Source of the DNA: a virus
Taxonomy: Duplodnaviria; Caudoviricetes
DNA length: 30,391 nt
Virus record (IMG/VR): IMGVR_UViG_3300008450_000297
Coordinates: 1 to 30,391 of that record
Strand: one strand, 5' to 3'
This document shows positions 1 to 9,651 of this stretch, in pieces. The first letter of the stretch is position 1; each line of letters begins with the position of its first letter. Both the position numbers and the translations under genes were made by a program. Below the pieces are notes generated by a model. The model was not told the origin of the DNA and did not search any database. It worked only from the letters and a program-made list of their open reading frames with translations.

Positions 1-26
1 TATAATATATAACATTATGTTTAGAT

Positions 27-2633
27 ATGAATAAAATACAAGATTTATTTACTAATAACTCAATATTAGCATCTATAGGAACTCCTGAACAATATACTGA
101 ATACCTTAATACTATATTTCCTAATAGTAAAGTAAAGGATATTGTTTATCATGGTAGTAGGTCTAAAGAGATTGAAGATGGTAGATTAAGGTTAAGTAAG
201 GAAGGTGTATATGGAGAAGGAATTTATGTCCAAACAAAACAAGAATTTACAGGAACGTTTGGCTCAAACACACTATTTCTTATAATAGATACAAAAAAAC
301 CGTTTACTTTTCATAAAGAAAATGGCAAAGCTAACGATTTTTTTACAGAAATACTTGAAAAATGGAGAAAAACTAAAAAATTCTATTTTGTAGAAGCAGC
401 AAAAGAAGAATTTCAAGATAAGATTAAAAAAGTTGGGTTCGATTCTATTAAGACAGAAGAAGGTGGTGGTAACGTATACTATATCCTATTTAACCCAGAG
501 CAAACACATATATTAGGTTCTAAACAAGATATTGAAGGATTTAAAAAATACACAGAAAAAAACATTAAAGAAAATATGAGTTCTTTTAAAATATTTAGTA
601 AAGAGTGGTGGAAAGAAAGTTTAGGTCTACATGAATCCCCCCCAAACAATTTTGAAAATGATGATAATCATCAATATGTAGAAGATAATCTAAGTTCTAT
701 AAATAAAGCAGCAATAGTATTTAATTTTCCTGTAGAGGATATGCAGTTAGCCTTTAATGGTGCTTCTAGTTTAGTATTAATGGATGATGTTTGGTCTAAT
801 CTAGAAAATAGTAACTCATATAATATACAGAGTTTAGGACAAGCTTTATTATATGCTAAAAAACATAAAATAGACCCGGTCCCTTATTTAGAAGCAATAA
901 AAAATATGGAATCGTTACCTAAACCCTTAGTATTAAGATATGATACAGATAAGTATTATTTAATTAATGGTGAATTTGTTTTATCATTACAGAAAGCTCT
1001 AAACATGACTCCTGATGTCCTACAAGCTACTATCAATGTTAAAATAAAAGAAGATGGGGACCAAGAAGATGAAATTAATTTAGTTAATGAATTTATTAAA
1101 TATGTTAAAGAGGATTTAGGATTAGTTCAAACACCAAAAATAGAATTTTCGGATGATACTGACCATGTTAAAGAACAAAGTTCATTTGGTTATTTTTCAC
1201 CTGACTCTAATATTGTGTGGGTTTATACAGGAGATAGAAATATGGCTGATATATTTAGAACATTAGCTCATGAATTAGTTCATCGTAAACAAGATGAAGA
1301 TGGTAAAATAAATTATGAAAGTGGTGAGACTGGTAGTGATATTGAGAATGAGGCTAATGCTAAAGCCGGTATATTATTAAGAGATTTTGGTAAAAAACAC
1401 AATGATATATATGATACTCCTATAAAGAAATTTATTAAAAATGGTTTAAGTGAAGTAAAAATTGAACAACCAGGTATTAACTTTACTTTCCCATTTTGGA
1501 TTACTAAACAAAATAAATCACAAGCTCCTTTTTTTGCAGATCAACTTAATAAACAAGGATATACGCTAAATGGTAGAAATGGTAGAAAAATTGAAGTAGA
1601 AGACATTACATTTAATATCCCTACAATATTAGATTACGATAGTAACTATAGAGACAAACCAGAAAGAAAAATATTAAATACATATTCCCCAGCGTATGAG
1701 GTAAAAATACAACAACCAATAAACTATAAAAAGGCGTATGGTGAAGTTTATTCATATAATGAAATGAAAAAATGGGAAGATGAAAATAGTAGGTTATCTA
1801 GCCATTTTTTAGTAGATAGAACTAATAATACAATATTAGCTGGATTTCAAGAATATAATATTCCTAAATGGGCATGGGATTTACACGGAAATGATAATGT
1901 ACCTCCTACTGAAAACAATAGATTTGCTTTAGCATCTAGATCTAGCATAACAAACCCACCACCTTATCTAAATACTCCTAATATAGACGTAAATAACCCA
2001 GCTTCATGGAGTAATATTGATAAAGTTAAACAATATATTAAGAATTTAAATGAAGTAAAAATTCAAAAACCACAAAATTTTAATTTTAATAATTTTAAAA
2101 CTGTAGTGGGTGTATCTAAAGTAGCTACTGATTTATTCGTGGCTGATTATTATATGGAGTTATTAGATTTAGGAAGTTATTATACATTCGTTCCAGGAGC
2201 AGAACCGCCTACTATTTTCTTAATCCCAAAAGAATACATTGATACCCCAGAGAATATTCAACGTTTAGCACATTATAGTGAACCGTTACCGGATTCTATA
2301 ATGGATATAATTAAACAATCAATACAAGATAATAAAATAGAAATAGTAAAACAGAGTACTAATTTAAATGAAGTAAAAATTCAACCATTCTCTTATAAAT
2401 TTCCAAAAATACCATTTAATAAATTTAAGGAAATATTAATAGAAGATATGAAAGAAACAGCTCAAGAACTAGAATTTGAAAACCCAGAAGAATTTATAAA
2501 TGAATTTTCAGATAAACTAAATCAAATAAATAACACACCAGCATTTTTTGAAAAAATTGCAAATATATATGAACACATGGGTTGGGGAGATGATGAATTC
2601 TTATATATATTAAATAGAATACTTATTAAATAA
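27..2633 (+). CDS. Multidomain (polyvalent) protein: ADP-ribosyltransferase-like domain, degenerate ParB-like domain, HExxH zincin peptidase and four EVKI-delimited modules
   Basis: ART-PolyVal-like pattern VYHGS...YGEGIY...GFDSI...ILFNPEQ; ParB-like LPKPLVL...YYLINGE; zincin RTLAHELVH...IENEANAKAG; four EVKI(E/Q) repeats. Confidence 0.7.
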   Translation: MNKIQDLFTNNSILASIGTPEQYTEYLNTIFPNSKVKDIVYHGSRSKEIEDGRLRLSKEGVYGEGIYVQTKQEFTGTFGSNTLFLIIDTKKPFTFHKENGKANDFFTEILEKWRKTKKFYFVEAAKEEFQDKIKKVGFDSIKTEEGGGNVYYILFNPEQTHILGSKQDIEGFKKYTEKNIKENMSSFKIFSKEWWKESLGLHESPPNNFENDDNHQYVEDNLSSINKAAIVFNFPVEDMQLAFNGASSLVLMDDVWSNLENSNSYNIQSLGQALLYAKKHKIDPVPYLEAIKNMESLPKPLVLRYDTDKYYLINGEFVLSLQKALNMTPDVLQATINVKIKEDGDQEDEINLVNEFIKYVKEDLGLVQTPKIEFSDDTDHVKEQSSFGYFSPDSNIVWVYTGDRNMADIFRTLAHELVHRKQDEDGKINYESGETGSDIENEANAKAGILLRDFGKKHNDIYDTPIKKFIKNGLSEVKIEQPGINFTFPFWITKQNKSQAPFFADQLNKQGYTLNGRNGRKIEVEDITFNIPTILDYDSNYRDKPERKILNTYSPAYEVKIQQPINYKKAYGEVYSYNEMKKWEDENSRLSSHFLVDRTNNTILAGFQEYNIPKWAWDLHGNDNVPPTENNRFALASRSSITNPPPYLNTPNIDVNNPASWSNIDKVKQYIKNLNEVKIQKPQNFNFNNFKTVVGVSKVATDLFVADYYMELLDLGSYYTFVPGAEPPTIFLIPKEYIDTPENIQRLAHYSEPLPDSIMDIIKQSIQDNKIEIVKQSTNLNEVKIQPFSYKFPKIPFNKFKEILIEDMKETAQELEFENPEEFINEFSDKLNQINNTPAFFEKIANIYEHMGWGDDEFLYILNRILIK
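1446..2387 (+). repeat. Four dispersed in-frame EVKI(E/Q)xP repeats at 1446-1472, 1692-1718, 2046-2072 and 2364-2387
   Basis: LSEVKIEQP, AYEVKIQQP, LNEVKIQKP, LNEVKIQP. The 24-mer aatttaaatgaagtaaaaattcaa is identical at 2043-2066 and 2361-2384. Confidence 0.9.
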
Positions 2634-2644
2634 AAATAAAAGTT

Positions 2645-3229
2645 ATGAGCAATGAATCGTTATTGAAAAAAGAATTTAAGGAACGTGATGTACAAAGGTT
2701 GCGCAACTTAGTTTCTAAAAACTACACAGATAAAACTGTAACACAAGTAGGTTATACTAAAGCGCAAACAGACTATAAAGAGGGTGATGTGTGGGAGGAA
2801 AATGGTAAAACATGGACTATTAAAAATAATATAAAAATGACAATAACTAAACTAGATTTAGTTAAAAGTACATTGCAAATGCCACTAACATGCCCTGAAT
2901 GTAAGCGAGCTATGAATAAAGGTCGTTTAGATAAGCATATGTATAGTATCCATAAAAAATGTTCTGACTGCGTTATATCGCATGAAACCGAGCTAAAACG
3001 CACGGGTAAATTTGAGGAATACCAAAAAAATATATTATCTCGTGGTGTTGAGGTACATATTAAAGAAATGGAAGATATATTATTTGAATTATCATTAGGT
3101 AGTATGGATGAATCGTTTGTAACTGAGGCGGGTGATATTGAAACTTGGAAAGGAAAAGGTATAAATACACAAGAAATAATCGGGAATATTCAAGAATATA
3201 TACAAAAACTTAAAGATAGCATTAGGTAA
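2645..3229 (+). CDS. Hypothetical phage protein with Zn-finger-like motif
   Basis: 194-aa ORF with CPEC...HKKCSDC and a GDVWEENGKTWT beta motif. Confidence 0.75.
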   Translation: MSNESLLKKEFKERDVQRLRNLVSKNYTDKTVTQVGYTKAQTDYKEGDVWEENGKTWTIKNNIKMTITKLDLVKSTLQMPLTCPECKRAMNKGRLDKHMYSIHKKCSDCVISHETELKRTGKFEEYQKNILSRGVEVHIKEMEDILFELSLGSMDESFVTEAGDIETWKGKGINTQEIIGNIQEYIQKLKDSIR

Positions 3230-3243
3230 TAATATTTATTAAT

Positions 3244-3642
3244 ATGATTAAATTAATTGACATATTAAACGAGGCCTTTTTCATAGGTGAAGACGATATA
3301 GAGGAATACGATGTAGAAAGTGAACAAGACATAAAAGAATTCGTCGAGTTCATGCATGAATACCAATTAGAACTAAACGAAGTAGATTGTGATTGCTTAT
3401 TAGAAGCAGAATATCGTGGCCGTACAGTACCTCTAGGCAAACCAATGCGAGGTGATGTTAAGAAATTTAAAGTATATGTTAAAAACCCTAAAGGCAAAGT
3501 AGTTAAAGTTAACTTTGGACAAAAGGGAATGAATATAAAAAAAAATAATCCAATTAGACGTAAAGCTTTTAGAGCTAGACATAATTGTGCTAATCCTGGA
3601 CCTCGTACTAAAGCAAGATATTGGTCTTGTAGAAAATGGTAA
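3244..3642 (+). CDS. Putative head-packaged protein with a basic C-terminal domain
   Basis: MIKLIDILNE leader and acidic N-half, then LLE followed by a basic domain (KKFKVYVK...VNFG...RRKAFRARHNC...ARYWSCRKW) that I recall from large phages. Confidence 0.8.
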   Translation: MIKLIDILNEAFFIGEDDIEEYDVESEQDIKEFVEFMHEYQLELNEVDCDCLLEAEYRGRTVPLGKPMRGDVKKFKVYVKNPKGKVVKVNFGQKGMNIKKNNPIRRKAFRARHNCANPGPRTKARYWSCRKW

Positions 3643-3646
3643 TACT

Positions 3647-3967
3647 ATGATAAAATTAACTGATATAATAAAAGAAGTAAAAGAAACATTCGAAGATTTT
3701 GCTAACATACGTGCTAAAGGTGCTGCTAAAATAGCATCAACTGCTGAAGAAAAAGGAGGATTATCATTATTAACTTGGCATCATTTTAAAGTAAAAGCTC
3801 CATATTATAAAAAAGCCGAAGAAGGTAAGTTTAATAAAGAAACAGCTACAAAAGAATTTGAAAAAACATTAAAAAGTATATCATTAAAGATGACTCAAAT
3901 AGAATTTCAACGTGAAGTAGGCCGCATGGAAGTATTAGGTGAATTATTAATTCGAGATAAAAAATAA
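3647..3967 (+). CDS. Putative head-packaged hypothetical protein (start moved from 3587 to 3647)
   Basis: ATG at 3647 gives MIKLTDIIKE, which matches the shared leader and removes the overlap with the upstream gene. Confidence 0.8.
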   Translation: MIKLTDIIKEVKETFEDFANIRAKGAAKIASTAEEKGGLSLLTWHHFKVKAPYYKKAEEGKFNKETATKEFEKTLKSISLKMTQIEFQREVGRMEVLGELLIRDKK

Positions 3968-3969
3968 TT

Positions 3970-4590
3970 ATGCTAAATGAAAATATTCCTTATTTTAAAT
4001 GTTTAATAAGACGTTCTCATTATACTCATAGTCCTAAAGACGAAAATATATATGATAATGCTTATGCTTTTGGCATACAATCTATAACAGGAAAAATACT
4101 TACCTTTCATATTATGACTGATTTTGGAATGGTTAGATCTAGAGTACCTATATCAGAATTATTTATTAAACCTCCTACTAAAGATATTCCATTTTACTAT
4201 AAACAGTTATGGGATTGTTTTAGTGAAAATACATCTATAACAAAATATTCTTTTTTATTAGAAAAAAGATGCCAAGTTGCTTTAAGAGATAAAACTAAGG
4301 TATGGGCTACTTATATGTTTACTATAGATTGGTTTAATAATCCATACTCAGATGAACCAACCGATTATAAAGCAGGTCATATATTAATGGCAGATGATGG
4401 TTATTTGTTATGTATGCCTAATAATAGAATTTACTGGCGAGATAGTAACTGGGTTACGTCTAATTTTCCATTAAACCCTAAAGATATAAAGGTAGATAAA
4501 TATTTACCATCAGTAGAATCAGTATCGGATAAGTGGATAACAGAAGATACAGATTCATATTATTATGATATTAATACTATACAAAAATGA
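3970..4590 (+). CDS. Conserved hypothetical phage protein
   Basis: LNENIPYFKC...QLWDCFS...YMFTIDW...MPNNRIYW pattern, recalled from aquatic phages; ATGA overlap with the next gene. Confidence 0.75.
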   Translation: MLNENIPYFKCLIRRSHYTHSPKDENIYDNAYAFGIQSITGKILTFHIMTDFGMVRSRVPISELFIKPPTKDIPFYYKQLWDCFSENTSITKYSFLLEKRCQVALRDKTKVWATYMFTIDWFNNPYSDEPTDYKAGHILMADDGYLLCMPNNRIYWRDSNWVTSNFPLNPKDIKVDKYLPSVESVSDKWITEDTDSYYYDINTIQK

Positions 4591-5003
4591 TTAAATTAAT
4601 TGATATATTACTTGAGTCTATCAAAGCATCAGAAGCATATTCGGATGAAGGAGCCATACAAACAGTAATAGATGGTAAAAGAAAATTAGGATTTGTAGTA
4701 CTTAAAGCTTCATCAAGAATGGAGCCTGAAGAAATTGAAGAACTTTTTAAAAAGGGAAAATTAGAAACAATAGAAGTAAAAGGAAATCCATCTGACGCCC
4801 GTATTTATTATAATCCAAGAATGCAAGGAGCAAAAGAAGACGCATTAGAATTAAAAAAAATAGCAGAAAAATACGGTGGGTATTTGGCATATAATGCCTC
4901 AGATAAAGATAGCAGGCGTATAGGTGAATTATTAGGATATGATAAAAAAGATATAGATGCTTATATTGAAAAAAATAAACATAAACCAAAATTATCACTA
5001 TGA
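4587..5003 (+). CDS. Putative head-packaged hypothetical protein
   Basis: MIKLIDILLE leader; C-terminal IGELLGYDKKDI motif; coupled to both neighbours. Confidence 0.8.
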   Translation: MIKLIDILLESIKASEAYSDEGAIQTVIDGKRKLGFVVLKASSRMEPEEIEELFKKGKLETIEVKGNPSDARIYYNPRMQGAKEDALELKKIAEKYGGYLAYNASDKDSRRIGELLGYDKKDIDAYIEKNKHKPKLSL

Positions 5004-5791
5004 TTAAACTAATTAACATACTAAACGAAATATTAACGGAAAAAAAGCTTTGCAAAAAAGGTAAAGCATATTATGATCGTCGTATAGCAGCTGGCGAAAA
5101 ACCTTCAGCTTATCTTTCTGGTCGTGCTGTTAAAGTATGTAAAGGTTTAATGGAAGAAAATGTTCCTCAATCAGGAGAATCATCTGGTGCTCCTGCAAAA
5201 TTTAAAACAGGAACTTCACCAGAAGAAACAAAATTTTTAACATTAGATCAAATACTTCAACAAGTTAAAGATATTCCGTATTATAAAGAAGTTTTAGATG
5301 ATTTAAAAAAAGAAGATGAAAGTTGGGAAGTAACTAAAAAAGTTAAAGAATATGCTGAATATATGAAGAAAAATCCTTCTTCATTAAAAAATTTACCTCC
5401 AATTATTGTTATTGATGGAAAAATTCAAGACGGAGCACATAGAATTTCATCTATATATTTATTACAAAATTTATTAGATTCAAAAAATAATTTTTGGAAA
5501 ACATTAAAGCTTAAAGTTGAATTTTGGAATAGTAAAAATTTAAATGAATCTTTACGCGATTGGTTCAAAAAAGAAGATTGGGTAAGAATTGATACAGCAG
5601 GTAATATAACTGGACCCTGTGGTACAATGAAAAAAGGTAAAGCAACTACGCGTTGTCTACCTCGTGCTAAAGCAAACAGCTTAACTAAAGCCGAACGTGC
5701 TGCTACAGCACGAAAAAAAGTAGCTGGTAGTAAAAAAGGCAAACAGTTTGTAAAAAATACTAAAGCCGCTACTGTTCGTTTAAAAAAATAA
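5000..5791 (+). CDS. Putative head-packaged protein with an internal ParB/Srx-like domain between two basic Cys-containing segments
   Basis: MIKLINILNE leader; LPPIIVIDGKIQDGAHR at 5393-5443; C-terminal LRDWFKKEDWVRID...PCG...RCLPRAKA domain after LNE. Confidence 0.75.
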   Translation: MIKLINILNEILTEKKLCKKGKAYYDRRIAAGEKPSAYLSGRAVKVCKGLMEENVPQSGESSGAPAKFKTGTSPEETKFLTLDQILQQVKDIPYYKEVLDDLKKEDESWEVTKKVKEYAEYMKKNPSSLKNLPPIIVIDGKIQDGAHRISSIYLLQNLLDSKNNFWKTLKLKVEFWNSKNLNESLRDWFKKEDWVRIDTAGNITGPCGTMKKGKATTRCLPRAKANSLTKAERAATARKKVAGSKKGKQFVKNTKAATVRLKK

Positions 5792-5822
5792 TATATGAAT
5801 CCTGATAGTAAAAACAATATTA

Positions 5823-6035
5823 ATGACCTGGAGAAAAAAATTTTTAAGCAACCTAGCAACATTCTGTCTAATGGCAGCAATGTTCTTCAACCCTCTTGGG
5901 TTCGACATATTATTCAAACTAGTAATGGTATGGACAAGTTCTTATTGGATTACGGACGTTATTTTTTACCTAGCTGCGGGGTTATTTCTTGGATTATATT
6001 TATTGTTACGTTATAAAATTAATAAAATAAAATGA
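5823..6035 (+). CDS. Small membrane protein with two hydrophobic segments
   Basis: 70 aa, basic termini, two hydrophobic stretches; stop overlaps the start of 6032 (ATGA). Confidence 0.6.
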   Translation: MTWRKKFLSNLATFCLMAAMFFNPLGFDILFKLVMVWTSSYWITDVIFYLAAGLFLGLYLLLRYKINKIK

Positions 6036-8629
6036 ATAACACACATATACTAGTAGAATATTCTGAAGGGGAATTTAAATCTATTTTTCAAAAATTTAGA
6101 GAAGAAGCAGATGATTTTAACATAAACATTACGGATGAAGCTTTAACAAATGCTATAAATACTTTTGATATTCAGTTTAAAGGAATTCCTAGCGTACAGG
6201 AAAAAGAAATAAAAAAATATACTTTAGTACAACTGTTAAAATTAGTATCATCTAGACCTGGTTTTAAACAAGAAAAGGCAGAAAAGAAAATCGAATCTAC
6301 TCCTGATATGGTCTATAATGAGGATGGTATAGTCATATATAGTGGTGATGTTGAAGATAAATGTATAAAATATGGTGCTGGTGAAAGATGGTGCATAACT
6401 AAAGGTTCATATGGTAATTATAGATTTGACTCTCATAGAGGATATCCTATATTTTACTTAGTTAAGAATACTAATTTACCCGATAGTGATCCTCTTAGTT
6501 TTGTTGCTATACAAGTTAGAAATAACGGACAATATGTTTGGACTAATCGTTTAAATAATCCTCATGAATCTGAGGAAATGTCATTTGATGAACTAACAAA
6601 TGATATACCTTATTTAGATTCTATAGATAATATAAAAAGTATTCTTAAATATATACCACCTAATATAAAAGAAAAAAATAAAGAACAAAAATTTAAAGAG
6701 GGTATATCATTTAGTGAATGGACAAATAATTTAGATTTTAACGATAAAAAACTTTATTTATCTATAAGAGGTCCTATAGTAACAAAAGAACAAAGAGCAG
6801 GTGGATATGAACGTATAGCAGGTCAATTATTTACTAATTTATCTACCGAGGCTTTTGTAACTAAAGTTCTTCCTAAATATGATAAATTAACTGAGTGGTT
6901 ATTTCAAAATCCTTGGATATTTAATTTTAATATTTTATTAAATAATATTGAATTATTCAAACCACCTTATCAAAAATCATTATTAACTAAGGTAAATAGC
7001 CCGGGACACCCAATAAATGTTACTGGTAAAGATATATTAGATAGAAAATTTGATTTTAATATTAGTAAAACATTAGTTAATACTAATAAAATACCTAATA
7101 GCAAAGAATATAATTTTTATGTAACTGAAAACGGAAATGCTATAGTAAATATAGGATATGATAGAACTGGAGTGGAGGTAGATATCATTACCGAAGATGA
7201 AACATATAAAGATATTAAATTATCAAAAAGAACTCAAAAATATTTATTTGATTTTCCTGGAATAATTAACATACCTTTAGATTCATTAGCCCGTACTATA
7301 CAAAATAATAATCTAGATAGTGACAAGATTACAGATGTAATAGAGGCTGCTAGAAAATCTAATGATACTTCGAAGAAAATTATAAAAGTAGGTAATACTG
7401 AAGTACTTTTTGATACATCAGGTAATTTATTAAAAACATATCAAATCGAAAACAACAGTATTAAACCTGTTGATAATAATAATGAAGATGTAATTAAAGC
7501 TACAGATCAATTTGTAGAAGATGCTATATCAAATGAAGAAATACAAAATAACTTGATAACTTCTATTTTTAATAGAACACCAATGTTTGATAATGAAATT
7601 TCATCAAAAATATTAGAAAATACTCCTAAAGATAAATTAACTAGAGGTTTAGAAGGTGTAGTTTCTTACAATAATAATTTATACTCTTTTGTTTTTCCTG
7701 AAAATTTTGAATTTAAAGGATATAAGTCAGTGAATGGAAGGATGACACTTATAAAATTAGGTGATAGCCCAGAAATGGGAGAAGTTTATGGAGAATTCTT
7801 AAAAAACAATAACGTAGAATTAACTAACAATATAATTACTAACTTGTTTGAAAGAAATAAATGGGGAACAGCTTATCCTTCTAAAGTAGCATTCGCTAGT
7901 GCATCTAATTTACCATATGCCGAAGGTTCTATATATAGACTAACAGTCAATGACGGTAAAATATACATCGTAAATACAGCTAACCCTGCAGAAAGTTTTA
8001 GAATATCAGAAAAAACAGGAAGAATATTATCCACTAGAGCTCCTAGAACTGTAGCTCCTCGCGCCACACCCGCTCAATTAGGTGCAGGTGAACGAATAGC
8101 AGCTCCTTTAGCAGGAGCTGGTAGAAGAGGAAGACCAGCGGGTGGAACTAATAGACCTGTTGAAGGTAATATAAGTGATGATTTAACAACTACGTTAACT
8201 AATAGTGGATTGTTAAACTCATTCAATCAATTACCTATTGGGGTTCGCTCTAGATTCTTTGGTGATTCAACTAGAGGAAATTTACGTAATGATAGAGGAG
8301 TATCACGTCGTGATAATTTATTAGCTGGTTATGGCCACGTAGACTACGTACGAATAGTAGGCCCTAGCGCTATATATGGCATACAGCTAGATTCAGGAAA
8401 CATAGTAGCATCTATAGTAGCACAACCAGGGAATAGCCATTGGTTATTAACACAAAATAATGCATTCCAATTAGATAGCCCAGCGAATTTAGTAGCTGCT
8501 TTAAGACAACGTAACTTAACAGAGATACGTGATTATATTGTTAATGAATATATGGAACTCAATCCTAATCAAGTTAATGAATTAAAAGACACAATTAAAA
8601 AACATATTGAGGAAACTAAAAATAAATAA
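6032..8629 (+). CDS. Large hypothetical protein with a WC-motif domain (paralogous to 11447) and an AT-hook-like RGRP motif
   Basis: VYNEDGIVIY...KCIKYG...RWCIT...PIFY matches a block in 11447; Ala/Pro/Gly/Arg linker with GRRGRP at 8120-8137. Confidence 0.8.
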   Translation: MNNTHILVEYSEGEFKSIFQKFREEADDFNINITDEALTNAINTFDIQFKGIPSVQEKEIKKYTLVQLLKLVSSRPGFKQEKAEKKIESTPDMVYNEDGIVIYSGDVEDKCIKYGAGERWCITKGSYGNYRFDSHRGYPIFYLVKNTNLPDSDPLSFVAIQVRNNGQYVWTNRLNNPHESEEMSFDELTNDIPYLDSIDNIKSILKYIPPNIKEKNKEQKFKEGISFSEWTNNLDFNDKKLYLSIRGPIVTKEQRAGGYERIAGQLFTNLSTEAFVTKVLPKYDKLTEWLFQNPWIFNFNILLNNIELFKPPYQKSLLTKVNSPGHPINVTGKDILDRKFDFNISKTLVNTNKIPNSKEYNFYVTENGNAIVNIGYDRTGVEVDIITEDETYKDIKLSKRTQKYLFDFPGIINIPLDSLARTIQNNNLDSDKITDVIEAARKSNDTSKKIIKVGNTEVLFDTSGNLLKTYQIENNSIKPVDNNNEDVIKATDQFVEDAISNEEIQNNLITSIFNRTPMFDNEISSKILENTPKDKLTRGLEGVVSYNNNLYSFVFPENFEFKGYKSVNGRMTLIKLGDSPEMGEVYGEFLKNNNVELTNNIITNLFERNKWGTAYPSKVAFASASNLPYAEGSIYRLTVNDGKIYIVNTANPAESFRISEKTGRILSTRAPRTVAPRATPAQLGAGERIAAPLAGAGRRGRPAGGTNRPVEGNISDDLTTTLTNSGLLNSFNQLPIGVRSRFFGDSTRGNLRNDRGVSRRDNLLAGYGHVDYVRIVGPSAIYGIQLDSGNIVASIVAQPGNSHWLLTQNNAFQLDSPANLVAALRQRNLTEIRDYIVNEYMELNPNQVNELKDTIKKHIEETKNK

Positions 8630-8650
8630 TATTTATATAAAAACAATATC

Positions 8651-9139
8651 ATGAAAATAACTAATAATTTAATAAAAAATTTAATTAAAGAAGCCATTGC
8701 TGATCGTATCAAAATGATAGACGAGGCTGGTGATATCGCTGCTTTAGAAGCTAAAATTAACAAAGTAGAAGAAGACATTAAAGATGCTATGGATGTTAAA
8801 TCATCATTAGTTTCTATGGCTGGTTTAAAATATTATGTTTCTCCTGAAATCGTAGGTGATATGATGGATGATATGGAAGTTAGTATTAAAGAATTGCAAG
8901 CTAAGAAAAAAGATTTAGAAGATCAGAAAAAAGCAATGGCTAAGAATACTAAAGGTCCTAAAAAATCTGAAAAGAAAGAAGATAAAAAAGAGCTAGATGA
9001 AAGATTAAAACCCTCTATGGGTGCTGGAGCATATGTTAAAGATTTTAAAAAATCAAAAGCACCACAATTTAAAGGTAAATCAAAAGCTAAAAAACAAGAT
9101 ATGGCTGTTGCCGCTTACTTGTCAGCTAAAAAGAAATAA
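8651..9139 (+). CDS. Putative head-associated coiled-coil protein with a basic C-terminal domain
   Basis: LIKNLIKE leader; C-terminal YVKDFKKSKAPQFKGKS...MAVAAY segment; ATATTTAT upstream. Confidence 0.75.
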   Translation: MKITNNLIKNLIKEAIADRIKMIDEAGDIAALEAKINKVEEDIKDAMDVKSSLVSMAGLKYYVSPEIVGDMMDDMEVSIKELQAKKKDLEDQKKAMAKNTKGPKKSEKKEDKKELDERLKPSMGAGAYVKDFKKSKAPQFKGKSKAKKQDMAVAAYLSAKKK

Positions 9140-9141
9140 TA

Positions 9142-9651
9142 ATGATAAAATTACTTGATATATTAAGCGAAGCTAAATTAACTATTTCTGGTACGGATAA
9201 AGCAATAAAAATGTTAAAATCTGAATTAAGAAATAATAATGTTGATTTTGAAATAGAAGGAAATAAGGTAATAGTTAATGATTCTCCTAAAGCTAAAATG
9301 GCTGTGAAGATGGTTAAAGAAAGAGTAGGAATGCAGTCAATAAAATTAGCTGAAGAAATAAAATCTGAAGCTACATTTACTAAAAAATATGATGATAGTC
9401 CTAAATTAAAAGGTAAACAAACTAAATTACCTGATGAAGTGCAAGCTAAAATTATAAAAGAAGGAGATCACGAAGTAGCAATGGCTCAAGCTAGTTTAAA
9501 ATCAATTATCAAATCTGCCGCCCAACTAATGAATAAATTAGGTAATATGGAGCGTGATATTCCAGGCTGGATTCAAGATCACATCACAAATGCTGAAAAT
9601 TATATCGATCAAGCTGCTCAAGGATTTCATGAACTAAAAAACGATGAATAA
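9142..9651 (+). CDS. Putative head-packaged hypothetical protein
   Basis: MIKLLDILSE leader; C-terminal helical DHEVAMA...WIQDHITNAENY domain after IIKE. Confidence 0.8.
   Translation: MIKLLDILSEAKLTISGTDKAIKMLKSELRNNNVDFEIEGNKVIVNDSPKAKMAVKMVKERVGMQSIKLAEEIKSEATFTKKYDDSPKLKGKQTKLPDEVQAKIIKEGDHEVAMAQASLKSIIKSAAQLMNKLGNMERDIPGWIQDHITNAENYIDQAAQGFHELKNDE

Noticed and set aside
1446-2387. CRISPR array interpretation of the EVKI repeats
   Set aside because: The repeats are degenerate, in frame and 246-354 nt apart within an ORF, and no cas genes are present.
3587-3646. Upstream start for the 3587-3967 ORF
   Set aside because: It overlaps the previous gene by 56 nt, and ATG 3647 gives the shared leader.
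5795-6016. Alternative + strand 73-aa ORF
   Set aside because: It overlaps 5823-6035 in another frame. The 5823 ORF has a coherent membrane-protein pattern and is coupled to 6032. Dual coding is not fully excluded.
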